From NCBI GenBank assembly GCA_039799905.1, contig JBDLRP010000013.1, positions 32,001 to 96,000 of the forward strand: a stretch of 64,000 nucleotides of DNA. The letters are read 5' to 3'. Under the pieces are notes generated by a model, which did no database searches, was not told the DNA's origin, and worked only from the letters and a program-made list of their open reading frames with translations. This DNA is from Pseudomonadota bacterium (lineage in GTDB: Bacteria; Bdellovibrionota_B; Oligoflexia; Silvanigrellales; Silvanigrellaceae). Position 1 is the stretch's first letter, and each line of letters begins with the position of its first letter. A program made the position numbers and the translations under genes. Positions 22,663 to 32,566 of this stretch are shown here, piece by piece.

Positions 22663-22811
22663 TTTCAGCTGCGATAAAATGACAATTCAGACAAACAGCG
22701 AATGGTGGGATGTTCCAAAGCAGGCTGACGGGCAAGGGCTTTTCCGCGCGTGCCTCACGGATCAGCAAATTTGATTGACAGAGTCTTTCTAAACGTGTTA
22801 CCCAACCCTTT

Positions 22812-23036
22812 ACCTTTGCGAAAGGGGCTTCCTTACTTTCGGTACATCTTTACAGTAATATCAGACAGTTGAGTGAAAATTACCTGCCTTTGCAGCGCAG
22901 GTTGGATAGCCCTCGGTCGATTGTAGAGAATGCGAAAACTCAGGAACCCGATGGCAGAGGTTTTGCTAAACGGAACTCGGAAGGGCAGGTGCCCAACCAA
23001 TGTACCGTGAACCACTTCTCCCGGAGGGCTAGAGAA
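22812..23036 (+). promoter_or_regulatory. Putative structured 5' leader of carD
   Basis: Several long-range complementary segments including an anti-SD; TTGACA at 22776-22781 upstream. Confidence 0.45.
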
Positions 23037-23537
23037 ATGAGTTCAGAACGCGTGATGTTTGGAGTCGGCGAAAAGGCGGTTTACCCCTGCCATGGCGTCG
23101 GAACCATCGAGAATATTGAGAGTTGTGAGATTGCCGGCACGAAGCAGGACTTCTACGTTCTGAAGATTCATGCCACGGGCGCCAAGGTGATGGTGCCGAC
23201 GCGAGCCGCTCAAACCGTCGGTCTGCGGGCCGTGATTTCGCCCCGTGAAGTCGAAAAAATTTATGACATTCTTAAGTCACCGTCGAAAAAATCGACAGCC
23301 ACTTGGAACCGTCGCTTCCGCGCACTCAATGAAAAGCTTAATACCGGCAACCTCGTTGAAATTGCCGAAGTGCTGCGCGACCTGTCCAGCCTTCGCCATG
23401 ACAAAGACCTTTCTTTCGGTGAAAAGAAAATGCTCGAGCGCGCAAGGGCAATGATTGTATCGGAAATTTCAGCAGCCAAGAATCTCGATCGCTGCTCGGT
23501 TGAAACGGAGCTCAATCACATTCTTCTTCCTGTCTGA
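23037..23537 (+). CDS. carD: CarD/CdnL family RNA polymerase-binding regulator
   Basis: FGVGEKAVYPCHGVG, VMVP, GLR, WNRRFR (conserved Trp), LSFGEKKML; start behind GGAGGG. Confidence 0.93.
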   Translation: MSSERVMFGVGEKAVYPCHGVGTIENIESCEIAGTKQDFYVLKIHATGAKVMVPTRAAQTVGLRAVISPREVEKIYDILKSPSKKSTATWNRRFRALNEKLNTGNLVEIAEVLRDLSSLRHDKDLSFGEKKMLERARAMIVSEISAAKNLDRCSVETELNHILLPV

Positions 23538-23555
23538 ACACTTTGGAATCCAGTC

Positions 23556-23590
23556 AAAAAACCACCACGGCGCCTGTGGTGGTTTTTTTT
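23556..23590. terminator. Bidirectional intrinsic terminator after carD
   Basis: A6-CCACCAC...GTGGTGG-T8. Confidence 0.85.
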
Positions 23591-23642
23591 ATGTCAGCAC
23601 AATCGCTATCCTGAAAACATAACCCTCGTTTTCTGGAGTCAC

Positions 23643-24767
23643 ATGCTGACGCATCAAACACGCCATATGTCGCGCGCGCTCGCGGCATTGACACTCTTTC
23701 TGATGGTCGCATGTAAAAAGAATCAACCTGAAGTCAGCGAAGCTCAGGGAAATGGACCTCTCAGCAATTACGCGTCAAAAATTGCAAGGGCGACTTTTCA
23801 AATCCGCGACGGCGGCTTTGGACCGCGCTGTGATCTGTCCACCACTGACGCGCGCGGTCTGCCGCTCAATTGCAAATCTTTTCCTGTCTGCACAGGAACT
23901 CTGGTCAACGACTCGCGGCTTCACAATTTACCTGTCGGAATAAGCGCGGCGCACTGTTCTGCAGATGGAGAAAATATTTTTGCTTTTTTTCCGGCTCAAA
24001 AAAAGTCGATTCGGGTTGGAAAATTTTTTCCGCATCCCAAATTTTCTTCGAGCAGGTTCTGGTTTCATGAGCATCTGAGCCATCTGATCGGAAATGCGCC
24101 ACGAACTGAAAATGCGATGAATTTTGATATCGCTCTGCTCAAATTCGAAACGCAAGACACGCGCGGACTCGAAAGCGTCGCCATCAGAAAATCTTTGCCA
24201 AAACTTCCGGATCTCGCCTCCCCGGCCAGAGAAAAACAGTACACAGACTTACGCAATATGCGGCAAGGAATCGTGCAAACTCATCTTGTGATGTCGCTGC
24301 AGACCTATGATCCATTCCCAAAGATCACCGTGCTCGGATTTGGTGTCGACAGCCTGGTCTGGAATTCGCAAATTCGCCGCACAAACTACCCCAAGGAAAT
24401 CTGCGAGGCTTTCTCGCAAAACAGCGGCAGCCGCGTGCGCTATATCTGGAACGAGACTCTGGGATGCACGGTCCTCTCTGAATCCGATGCTGTGGTCAAA
24501 GGCCCCGGTCCGGATGGTTACTTGCGCGAAAATTCCGGCAGGCTCGCTGCGCTCAGTGCGGAGCTGGCAACGGCTGTTTTCGTGCCACCCTCGGCTCAAC
24601 CAAAAAACAGTCCCTGTCTGGGTGATTCCGGCGGACCGCTTGTGCTGAGCGGTGAATCGGACATCGTTGCAGTTGTGAACGGCGGCCCCGGATTATGTGC
24701 AGGAACGATTTCAAGCTACACGCTCATCATTCCCCACCTGAACGAACTCAAAAATCTCCTCCGCTGA
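23643..24767 (+). CDS. S1-family (trypsin/chymotrypsin-like) serine protease lipoprotein
   Basis: Lipobox LMVAC; CTGTLV, SAAHC, DIALL, CLGDSGGP catalytic triad motifs. Confidence 0.88.
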   Translation: MLTHQTRHMSRALAALTLFLMVACKKNQPEVSEAQGNGPLSNYASKIARATFQIRDGGFGPRCDLSTTDARGLPLNCKSFPVCTGTLVNDSRLHNLPVGISAAHCSADGENIFAFFPAQKKSIRVGKFFPHPKFSSSRFWFHEHLSHLIGNAPRTENAMNFDIALLKFETQDTRGLESVAIRKSLPKLPDLASPAREKQYTDLRNMRQGIVQTHLVMSLQTYDPFPKITVLGFGVDSLVWNSQIRRTNYPKEICEAFSQNSGSRVRYIWNETLGCTVLSESDAVVKGPGPDGYLRENSGRLAALSAELATAVFVPPSAQPKNSPCLGDSGGPLVLSGESDIVAVVNGGPGLCAGTISSYTLIIPHLNELKNLLR

Positions 24768-24800
24768 TGTCAGACAATCTTCACTTCAGCGGAAATTCAG

Positions 24801-25910
24801 TCAGTCGTCCACCTCGGTTAGAAACTGGCGGCTAAATTGATCGAACGTTCCCGCACTGATTTCCGACCTGCATCGCTCCATCAGCCGCTCGTAAAACCAA
24901 GTGTTGTGATAGCTGACAAGCCGCCAGCCCGTGGGCTCATCACACTTGATCAGTTGGTGCAGATAGGCGCGTGAATATCGCCGGCAAACAAAACATTCAC
25001 ACTGTGAATCAATCGGCTCGGCGGATGTGGCGAGTGCGGCACGCCTCAACTTAACTTTTCCGGAAAAGGTGTAGGCGACACCCTGACGCGCATGATTGGT
25101 TGGAATGATGCAATCAAACATATCAATGCCGGCCCTGATACTTCTGACCAAGTCGTGCGGCGTGCCGACGCCCATCAGGTAACGCGGCTTTGTGGCAGGC
25201 AATTGCCGTGCGGTGAAGGCTGTAAAATGCTCGCGCTCCTCGTCGGTTTCCCCGACTGCCAGTCCACCAATGGCATATCCCGGAAAATCCAACTCGCTGA
25301 GTGCTGCGGCACTCTCACTGCGCAGATCTTCAAAAATCGCACCCTGCACAATTCCGAACAGCGCATTTTCATGATTGCGCTGGGCATTTTTGCATCTGCG
25401 CGCCCAGCGGTGTGTCCGCTCCATTGCCCGTGCGGCGATATCGCGCGGGCTTGTCGACGGAACGCAAACATCCAATACCATCATGATGTCTGAGCCAATG
25501 GTTTCCTGAAATGCAATATTGCTTTCCGGACTGAAAAAACGTGCTGCCTGATCGAGATAACTTCGGAACTCAACGCCTTCTTCGGAAATCACACGTTGGT
25601 GGGGAAGTGAAAAAATTTGAAAGCCGCCACTGTCCGTTAGTATAGGTCTGTCCCAGTGAATCAGCCGGTGATAGCCTCCGCGCTGCTTGAGAATTTCAGC
25701 GCCCGGCCGCAGATATAAATGATAAGTATTGCCCAAAATGATCTGCACGCCTGCCGACTCGAGATCGGCATGATCGAGAGCGCGCACAGCCCCAAAGGTT
25801 CCTACCGACATAAAGACGGGGGTTTGGATTGTGCCATGCTCGGTCGTCACAACACCGCGGCGGGCCGCCGTTTGTTTATCGACCGACAAAAGTTGAAATG
25901 AAAAAGCCAC
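24801..25910 (-). CDS. tgt: Queuine tRNA-ribosyltransferase
   Basis: TPVFM, NTYHLYLRPG, TDSGGFQ, YLMGVG, DMFDC, CxCxxC Zn site. Confidence 0.96.
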   Translation of the reverse strand: MAFSFQLLSVDKQTAARRGVVTTEHGTIQTPVFMSVGTFGAVRALDHADLESAGVQIILGNTYHLYLRPGAEILKQRGGYHRLIHWDRPILTDSGGFQIFSLPHQRVISEEGVEFRSYLDQAARFFSPESNIAFQETIGSDIMMVLDVCVPSTSPRDIAARAMERTHRWARRCKNAQRNHENALFGIVQGAIFEDLRSESAAALSELDFPGYAIGGLAVGETDEEREHFTAFTARQLPATKPRYLMGVGTPHDLVRSIRAGIDMFDCIIPTNHARQGVAYTFSGKVKLRRAALATSAEPIDSQCECFVCRRYSRAYLHQLIKCDEPTGWRLVSYHNTWFYERLMERCRSEISAGTFDQFSRQFLTEVDD

Positions 25911-25988
25911 AGGAGCGGCTCCCCGAGTTGAGAGTCAACGAATGGATGTCAGCAGGATCTGTTGACGGCAAGAAAACAAAACCCGTTG

Positions 25989-27275
25989 TCAGTCCTGGCA
26001 ACAGGTGGTCTGACCCGAGGCTTGTAGCGACAACGACTCCATCCGCGCAAGCACACTGCGACGGAATTCATATTTGACCGCTGCCTTCAGTCCGGGGAAA
26101 AATTCACGCCAGTATTTGTCGGCAAAGCGTGGGTTGGTGCTGGAAAGCTCCAGAGTAACTGTCGGAACCTGCCGCTCGTTCCCGGCAAAATTACCCAGTG
26201 AACCAGGGTAAAACGAGAAATCGAGGACGCGATAGTTATTTGAATTTCTGGATACTACGTAGGCCAAATCGCGGGCCTTTTTTTCAAACATCGACAAATT
26301 CTGACGCTTGTTGTCGCCAGGACCGTCGTAGTCAAGAAAACCGAGTGGAGCATGAATGGAGACCACTTTGTCTGGGGTAAATCGGCCCATCAGGTCGACC
26401 TGAAATTTGGTTCCCTGCTCTGTGTCGGGGGCCGCACCCGGAAAATGTCTCGGATCGGACTTTCGCCGCTGCTTCCACCAACCAACGGCCGATGTCCACC
26501 AGTCGCGGGTCGCAAAGTTTCTGTTCAAGTCGACACCATTGGCATTCGTTCTGCGCGCTGGGAACATGAAAAAACCATCTGGATTAACCAAGGGCGCGAC
26601 GACAACACGGTGTTGCGCAAATAGCGCTGTGTCATTGCGCAGCGCGTTTGCAAAGCGAAAGGCAAGGTTGATGGGAGTCAGTTCGTCCGGATGGACGCCA
26701 CCCAAAACAAGGGTGCTCTCATCGGGGGGTAATTCCCCGTTGCCCCAAGTCAGACCCGAGTAGTCCCAATAAATAAGGGGATAACCCTGCTCAGAAACCC
26801 GATCGTAGGTCCACGGAAGGTTGGAGCAGGGGCTTCGGCCCCAGCCCAAAGTGCGATAACGTGAGTCAATTTTGTCACAAAGTTCGGCGATGCGCTGATT
26901 TTTTCTAACTGCATCCGCAGAACCAATCGCATCAAAGACCGACATCCCAGCCACGCCGTCCAGACCAAACAAACGCCGGCTAAGATAATGGAATTCACTG
27001 ACAACCGAGCGATCTGCTGATTTGCTGATGACTGACAGCGGAGCAGAGTGGATTGAACCCGAACGGAGTTCGTCCGAATTCGCCTGCGCGGAGCCGTTGC
27101 CGCACAATGCCGCTGCCACCGCCACTATCGACACCAATAGTCTTTTTGAATTGTTAACCAATTCTGCGCTTTTCAAGCGACGACCCCGTTCGGTTAATTT
27201 GTTGTCATGCAGGAGGGCTCCTACCATCGAACGCTGGGATTGTAACCCTGTTCGGTGACAGACCTCAATTTGCAT
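25989..27275 (-). CDS. M14 zinc carboxypeptidase, MpaA (murein peptide amidase A)-like, probably exported
   Basis: GGVHPDE, NPDG, RTNANGVDLNRNF, SIH, TLEL; start set behind AAGGAG. Confidence 0.82.
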   Translation of the reverse strand: MQIEVCHRTGLQSQRSMVGALLHDNKLTERGRRLKSAELVNNSKRLLVSIVAVAAALCGNGSAQANSDELRSGSIHSAPLSVISKSADRSVVSEFHYLSRRLFGLDGVAGMSVFDAIGSADAVRKNQRIAELCDKIDSRYRTLGWGRSPCSNLPWTYDRVSEQGYPLIYWDYSGLTWGNGELPPDESTLVLGGVHPDELTPINLAFRFANALRNDTALFAQHRVVVAPLVNPDGFFMFPARRTNANGVDLNRNFATRDWWTSAVGWWKQRRKSDPRHFPGAAPDTEQGTKFQVDLMGRFTPDKVVSIHAPLGFLDYDGPGDNKRQNLSMFEKKARDLAYVVSRNSNNYRVLDFSFYPGSLGNFAGNERQVPTVTLELSSTNPRFADKYWREFFPGLKAAVKYEFRRSVLARMESLSLQASGQTTCCQD

Positions 27276-27513
27276 GAAATTCTCCTTTTCACCCGCCCAA
27301 AGGACCAGTAGTCTCGCGCTGCGACCAGTCGCACTGCCGACACCAAACGGAATGCCCTGAGCTTCGCACGGGTGTCTCGATTCCATCATGCACCCGTGGG
27401 AGATTCAAGCGTGTGGCGTCAAGGCTGAGCACAGCAGCAACAGTCACTTGATTTGTCGGATTTTTACAGCTTTTCTGCAGGGGAAAATTCTGCCGCGGAT
27501 AAAGGGGGAATGA

Positions 27514-27765
27514 ATGTCCAATCTCAGCAACGGTTCACAGCGCCAGGCGATTCAACGATTTATTGATGAAAAAATTGCACCCGGTGTTCAGTCGCACGGC
27601 GGCGATGTTCTCATTGAAGGTTTGGAAAGCGGGATTCTGACCATCAGCCTTTCTGGAGCTTGCGGCAGCTGCAGTGTGCAGGCCTACACTTCAGAATCGA
27701 TAGCCAACTACATCCTGGAAGAATTTCCGGACCTTGACGACGTGATTGTCCGTGACCCAACATAA
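27514..27765 (+). CDS. NifU C-terminal-like (Nfu) Fe-S carrier domain protein
   Basis: IAPGVQSHGGDV...LSGACGSC. Confidence 0.85.
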   Translation: MSNLSNGSQRQAIQRFIDEKIAPGVQSHGGDVLIEGLESGILTISLSGACGSCSVQAYTSESIANYILEEFPDLDDVIVRDPT

Positions 27766-27813
27766 GGGGCGCTCTGCACGCTGCAGGATGCGCAACACGG
27801 GCGAGGCAGGCAA

Positions 27814-29448
27814 GTGAACGCTTTCATTCAAATCCTTGAACAGTTGCTGGCCGCCGTTCCAGCAAACAACTGGACGACCCAGCGCTTTTACCCATTCGCT
27901 CTGCCTCCTACGGCACCCGTCGAACTCTTTGATGCCTGTGTTTTTCAACAGGATGCCAATGGAGCTCTCGGCATGGGCTGGCTGAGGTGCCCGGGATTTG
28001 AGGAACTGCTGACTTTCCCATTCCGCATTGCCCGTTACAGTCAGGATGGCGACCTCATCTCTCTGCCACCGTGGAGCCTGCGCGAGGCGACTTCGGATGC
28101 CCTCTTTTATTCAAACTGGAAACACGCGGCACAAACCGCGGTCAGACTGCCAACGGTGCGTGGTGGAGCTCTGCAGTGCACTCAGTTCGGTGCCAAATCG
28201 AGCTTCAACATCATCAACCTTTGGACCGACAACAAAAACGCCTGCACGCGAGTCGAAACTCAGCACCTTTGTAAAATCTTCCGCGTCGTTTCGCCCGGCC
28301 AGCCGTTCTCTGTTGAGGCCGAGATTCTTGAGTACCTCAATGCTCAAAACCATTTCCTGCAACATCCCGAACTGACGACCCGCTATGACCTCCATCCCGC
28401 CAACTCCGACGGTCCCGGCCTTCCGGTTGCCATCGTCACACGATACATCCAAAGCAATGCGAAGCTGTGGCAGGAACTGACAGTCAGGATTCAACATGCG
28501 CGGTATCCAGAGCCGATGCGCGAACGCTCATCACGCGCCTCTTGGTATTCCATCGTAGAAATCGTCGGAAAACTCGGCCGACTCCTTGGCGAATTTCATA
28601 TCGCGATGACCAACAGCCGCAAGAACAAGTTACTCAATCCTGTGACTAATCAAGGTGAGGCAAAGGAAAAATGGCTTGAGTGCCTGCTGCACAAACTTCA
28701 CGAACGTATCTATTTTGTCCGCAACCATATCCCTGCGCACAGCATTTCACCTCAGGACAGCGCAAAGCTGACTGGATTCGCGCAGACGCTTTTTGACCGT
28801 GTCAAACAAAGCGAACACCTCGGACTGCTCATCCGTATTCACGGGCACGCGCACCTGGGACAAGTTCTCCTCGGGGACGAGGGGTTGTTTCTGGTCAATT
28901 ACGAAACCGATGTTCTTGATGACGAAGACTATCGCCTGCAAAAACAGAGCTGCCTGAAAGATTTGGCCTCGATGATCGTCAGCCTGCAATTTGCCTGGTT
29001 CACAACAGAGCGCAGTCAGGACATGCCGGTCTTCAGCGAAATACTCGCGCCCGACAGCGACTACGGACGGCACGTCTTTAAAAACCTTGAAAACTTTGCA
29101 ATCCCGCAACGCTATCAACCGACACTGCAGGAACTTGAAAATACGCTTTCACGCTCTTACCTGCAGACCATTGCCGAGGATCCGGCGAGTCTCGAGCTGT
29201 TACCCGATAAGAGGTCTGATCTGGAAAACCTCTATGACTTTTGTTTTCTGATGAGAATTCTGAAAGAAACCCTGCGCGACCTCAAGCAACAGAACCCACG
29301 CTATAAAACCGGTCTCCGTATTTTACTGGATCTCGTGGACGGGCGTCAGCTGCGGCCAAATTTTGAGGCCTTCTTTAACTCGCCTGCCCGCTCGGGCTCG
29401 TCACCCGCCTTTGAAACACCTTACGGAACGGACTCAGACTTCTCATAA
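27814..29448 (+). CDS. Maltokinase (Mak/Pep2)-like APH-fold protein with altered catalytic motifs
   Basis: KIFR, EAEILEYL, LGRLLGEFHIAM, IRIHGHAHLGQVL, NYE, SCLKDLASM. Confidence 0.7.
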   Translation: MNAFIQILEQLLAAVPANNWTTQRFYPFALPPTAPVELFDACVFQQDANGALGMGWLRCPGFEELLTFPFRIARYSQDGDLISLPPWSLREATSDALFYSNWKHAAQTAVRLPTVRGGALQCTQFGAKSSFNIINLWTDNKNACTRVETQHLCKIFRVVSPGQPFSVEAEILEYLNAQNHFLQHPELTTRYDLHPANSDGPGLPVAIVTRYIQSNAKLWQELTVRIQHARYPEPMRERSSRASWYSIVEIVGKLGRLLGEFHIAMTNSRKNKLLNPVTNQGEAKEKWLECLLHKLHERIYFVRNHIPAHSISPQDSAKLTGFAQTLFDRVKQSEHLGLLIRIHGHAHLGQVLLGDEGLFLVNYETDVLDDEDYRLQKQSCLKDLASMIVSLQFAWFTTERSQDMPVFSEILAPDSDYGRHVFKNLENFAIPQRYQPTLQELENTLSRSYLQTIAEDPASLELLPDKRSDLENLYDFCFLMRILKETLRDLKQQNPRYKTGLRILLDLVDGRQLRPNFEAFFNSPARSGSSPAFETPYGTDSDFS

Positions 29449-29585
29449 AATTGCGCCGCTGCAAGCGCTGCAGCGATATTGTGACGGCTCAATATTTGAC
29501 ACGGAAAGGTGCTTTGACAATACTGCGGCTCACTTGGCGGCCAGGTATTCGCGCTTGGATCGGCTTTTTATGAAAGGAATGCAGC

Positions 29586-30011
29586 ATGGAATTGACCTTC
29601 TCGATCATCAAACCGGATGGCGTGCGTCGTAATCTCGTTGGTAAAATCTTCAACATGATGGAAACCGCCGGATTGCGCATCGTCGCAACTAAAATGATCC
29701 ACATGTCCCGCCGTGAGGCTGAACAGTTTTACGCAGTGCACAAAGAGCGTCCCTTTTTTGGCGAACTGTGCGACTTTATGTGCTCCGGACCAGTTGTCGT
29801 GTCGGCCCTTGAAGCTCCGAACGCAGTGCTTAAATACCGCGACCTGATGGGCGCAACAGATCCCAAGAAGGCCGCCAAAGGCACGATCCGCGCTGAATTT
29901 TCCGAAAGCATCGGCGAAAACACAGTGCATGGTTCGGACTCCAACGAAAACGCAGCCATTGAGTTGGCCTTCTTCTTTGCCGGCACAGAGCTTGTCAATC
30001 GCGCCCGCTAA
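29586..30011 (+). CDS. ndk: Nucleoside diphosphate kinase
   Basis: [34 protein letters not shown]. Confidence 0.98.
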   Translation: MELTFSIIKPDGVRRNLVGKIFNMMETAGLRIVATKMIHMSRREAEQFYAVHKERPFFGELCDFMCSGPVVVSALEAPNAVLKYRDLMGATDPKKAAKGTIRAEFSESIGENTVHGSDSNENAAIELAFFFAGTELVNRAR

Positions 30012-30054
30012 CGTACACTCCTATGCTGCGGCACCTTCCGCAGCCGGGTGATGA

Positions 30055-30088
30055 GGAGGGGTCTGAGCAAGACTCCTTCTTTTTTTTT
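30055..30088 (+). terminator. Intrinsic terminator between ndk and tex
   Basis: GGAGGGGTCT-GAGCA-AGACTCCTTC followed by T9. Confidence 0.8.
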
Positions 30089-30112
30089 GAAAACTTTGGA
30101 AGAGAGACGGCA

Positions 30113-32545
30113 ATGGCAAATAAGGACATTCTTCTGACTCCAGAAATCGTGAATGACGTGGCAGGCGAACTGAGCATTGCCAAGACACCGGTCGAAAATA
30201 CCCTCAAGCTCATTCTCGATGACTGCACCGTTCCCTTCATTGCGCGCTACCGCAAAGAAGTCACCGGTGGTCTGGATGAAGTTCAAATCCGCGACATCCG
30301 CGACAGATTCGAATACCTGCTCGCGCTCAATGAACGCAAAGAAAGCATTCTCAAATCCATTCAAGAGCAGGGCAAACTGACGCCCGTCCTCGAGACGAAA
30401 ATCAAGACCTGCAAGATCAAGGCTGAGCTCGAAGACCTTTATCTGCCTTTCAAACCCAAGAAGCGCACCCGCGGTCAAATTGCCAAAGAGCGCGGACTTG
30501 AACCGCTGGCACTGGAAATTCTCCGGCAGGATCCGGCACTCGAAGACCTCGCAGCACTTTGTGTCTCGTACGTCGGACATCACGAGGAAGTCACAACCCT
30601 TGAGATCGCAATTCAGGGGGCGAAAGATTACATCGCCGAGCAAATCTCGGAACGCGCTGATGTGCGCGGCGAGTTGCGCCAGTGGATCTTCGACAACGCA
30701 ACTTTTGTTTCAGTCGTGCGCGACGATCACAAAGAAAAGAAAACGAAATACAATAACTATTATGACTTCCGCGAACCTGTGAAATCCATTGCCGCCCACC
30801 GGCTGATGGCACTCCGCCGCGGTGAAAAAGAGGAAATTCTCAAGGTCACTCTCGATTACGAAGCTGACACGTCGATGGCACTGATCTCCGATCGCGTGCT
30901 CGAGTCGAAAGCTACAGTGCCGGTCAAAACGCTGCTCGCAGAGTGCGTTAAGGACGCTTTCTCGAGACTGCTCTCGCCGAGCATCGAAACAGAACTGCGC
31001 CTTGAGACTAAGAATCGCGCCGAAGAGGAAGCGATTAACGTCTTTGCAAGAAATCTTCGCTCACTTCTGCTTCTACCACCGATTCCCAAGAAAATTGTCT
31101 TGGGCGTGGACCCCGGAATTCGCACGGGCAGCAAGCTGGTTGTCGTCGACGGAACCGGAAAACTGCTCGACCACACGACCATCTTTCCAGATGTCGAGCA
31201 ACCGGCAGACGCACCGAAGAACAAAAACTCAGTTGAAAAAGCACTCGATTTCATCAAGCGCTATGGTGTTGAGTACGTCAGCATCGGCAACGGAACCGCG
31301 GGTCGGGAAATGGATGACTTTTTCCACCAAATCGCCGAGCGCAACAAAGAACTCAAAATCAAGGTGTTGGTCGTAAACGAGGCCGGCGCGAGTGTTTACT
31401 CCGCCAGCGACGTCGCGCGCGATGAATTCCCAGATCTCGACTTGACGTACCGCGGGGCCGTCAGCATTGCCCGCAGACTTCAAGACCCACTGGCCGAGCT
31501 GGTCAAAATCGAACCCAAGAGCATTGGCGTCGGACAATACCAACACGACGTCAATCAAAGCCGCCTGAAGAAACAACTCGATGAAGTTGTCGAAAGCTGC
31601 GTGAACTACGTCGGTGTTAATCTCAACACAGCGAGCCCCAGCCTTTTGTCATACGTTGCCGGTATCGGCCCGACGCTGGCCAAGAACATCGTCAGGCACC
31701 GCGAGCAAAAGGGAATCTTCAAAGACCGCACAGCACTCTTCGAAGTGATGGGTTTTGGTCCAAAGGCCTTCGAACAGGCCGCAGGCTTCCTTCGTATTCC
31801 TGAAGCCGGCAATCCGCTCGACAACACAGCTGTCCATCCGGAAGCCTACAAGGTCGTCGAGCGCATCGCAGCAGATCTCAACAAATCGCTGTCCGAATTG
31901 ATTGGCCAGCGTGAAGCGCTCAACACCCTCGACCTCAAACGCTACGTCACCGATGAAATCGGTGTTCCGACGTTGCAGGACATCGTTAAAGAACTGCAAA
32001 AACCAGGCCGTGACCCGCGTGAAGACGGTGTGAAGCACACCTACAACCGCGACGTCCGCGACCTCAACAGCCTGCAAGAGGGAATGGTCCTCACCGGCAC
32101 GGTGACCAACGTCACCAACTTTGGTGCGTTTGTCGACATCGGCGTGCATCAGGACGGACTCATCCATATCAGCGAACTCTCGAACCAATTCGTGAAAGAC
32201 GCCTCGCAGGCGATCGCTGTTGGGGAACAGGTGAAGGTCAAAGTCATTGCGGTAGACAAAGAGCGCAAGCGCATCAGCCTGAGCCGCAGAGCTGTGGAAG
32301 AGGGAGTTGCAAGCACGCTCGGCGGAGGACCAACGGCACAGCGTGCAGGTGCATCCTCTGGCGGGCCACAGTCTCAACCACGCCCGGCACATGGTGGTCA
32401 AAACAATAGGCCGTCGGCTTCATCGGGTCCCCAATCCGGACCGCGCCGTCCAAGCGGGCGAGAAGAACGCCCACTTGCCGCGCAGTCATCGGGTCCCGCT
32501 TCGTTGCAAGACTTGCTCAACAAGTTTAACAACAAGCGACTCTAA
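30113..32545 (+). CDS. tex: Tex transcriptional accessory protein (YqgF, HhH and S1 domains)
   Basis: TVPFIARYRKE, DPGIRTG, EAGASVYSAS, RRLQDPLAELVK, S1 domain; start MANK. Confidence 0.96.
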   Translation: MANKDILLTPEIVNDVAGELSIAKTPVENTLKLILDDCTVPFIARYRKEVTGGLDEVQIRDIRDRFEYLLALNERKESILKSIQEQGKLTPVLETKIKTCKIKAELEDLYLPFKPKKRTRGQIAKERGLEPLALEILRQDPALEDLAALCVSYVGHHEEVTTLEIAIQGAKDYIAEQISERADVRGELRQWIFDNATFVSVVRDDHKEKKTKYNNYYDFREPVKSIAAHRLMALRRGEKEEILKVTLDYEADTSMALISDRVLESKATVPVKTLLAECVKDAFSRLLSPSIETELRLETKNRAEEEAINVFARNLRSLLLLPPIPKKIVLGVDPGIRTGSKLVVVDGTGKLLDHTTIFPDVEQPADAPKNKNSVEKALDFIKRYGVEYVSIGNGTAGREMDDFFHQIAERNKELKIKVLVVNEAGASVYSASDVARDEFPDLDLTYRGAVSIARRLQDPLAELVKIEPKSIGVGQYQHDVNQSRLKKQLDEVVESCVNYVGVNLNTASPSLLSYVAGIGPTLAKNIVRHREQKGIFKDRTALFEVMGFGPKAFEQAAGFLRIPEAGNPLDNTAVHPEAYKVVERIAADLNKSLSELIGQREALNTLDLKRYVTDEIGVPTLQDIVKELQKPGRDPREDGVKHTYNRDVRDLNSLQEGMVLTGTVTNVTNFGAFVDIGVHQDGLIHISELSNQFVKDASQAIAVGEQVKVKVIAVDKERKRISLSRRAVEEGVASTLGGGPTAQRAGASSGGPQSQPRPAHGGQNNRPSASSGPQSGPRRPSGREERPLAAQSSGPASLQDLLNKFNNKRL

Positions 32546-32566
32546 CAACGGCGGAGGACAAGGCTT

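Noticed and set aside
22861..22960. Faint resemblance to an FMN riboswitch (GTGAAA, AGCCC, GAGAAT, GATGGCAGAG in order)
   Set aside because: Core conserved stems (CCGGCGGT, GCCGACGG, AGTCCGGATG) are missing and the downstream gene is unrelated to flavin; kept only as an unassigned structured leader
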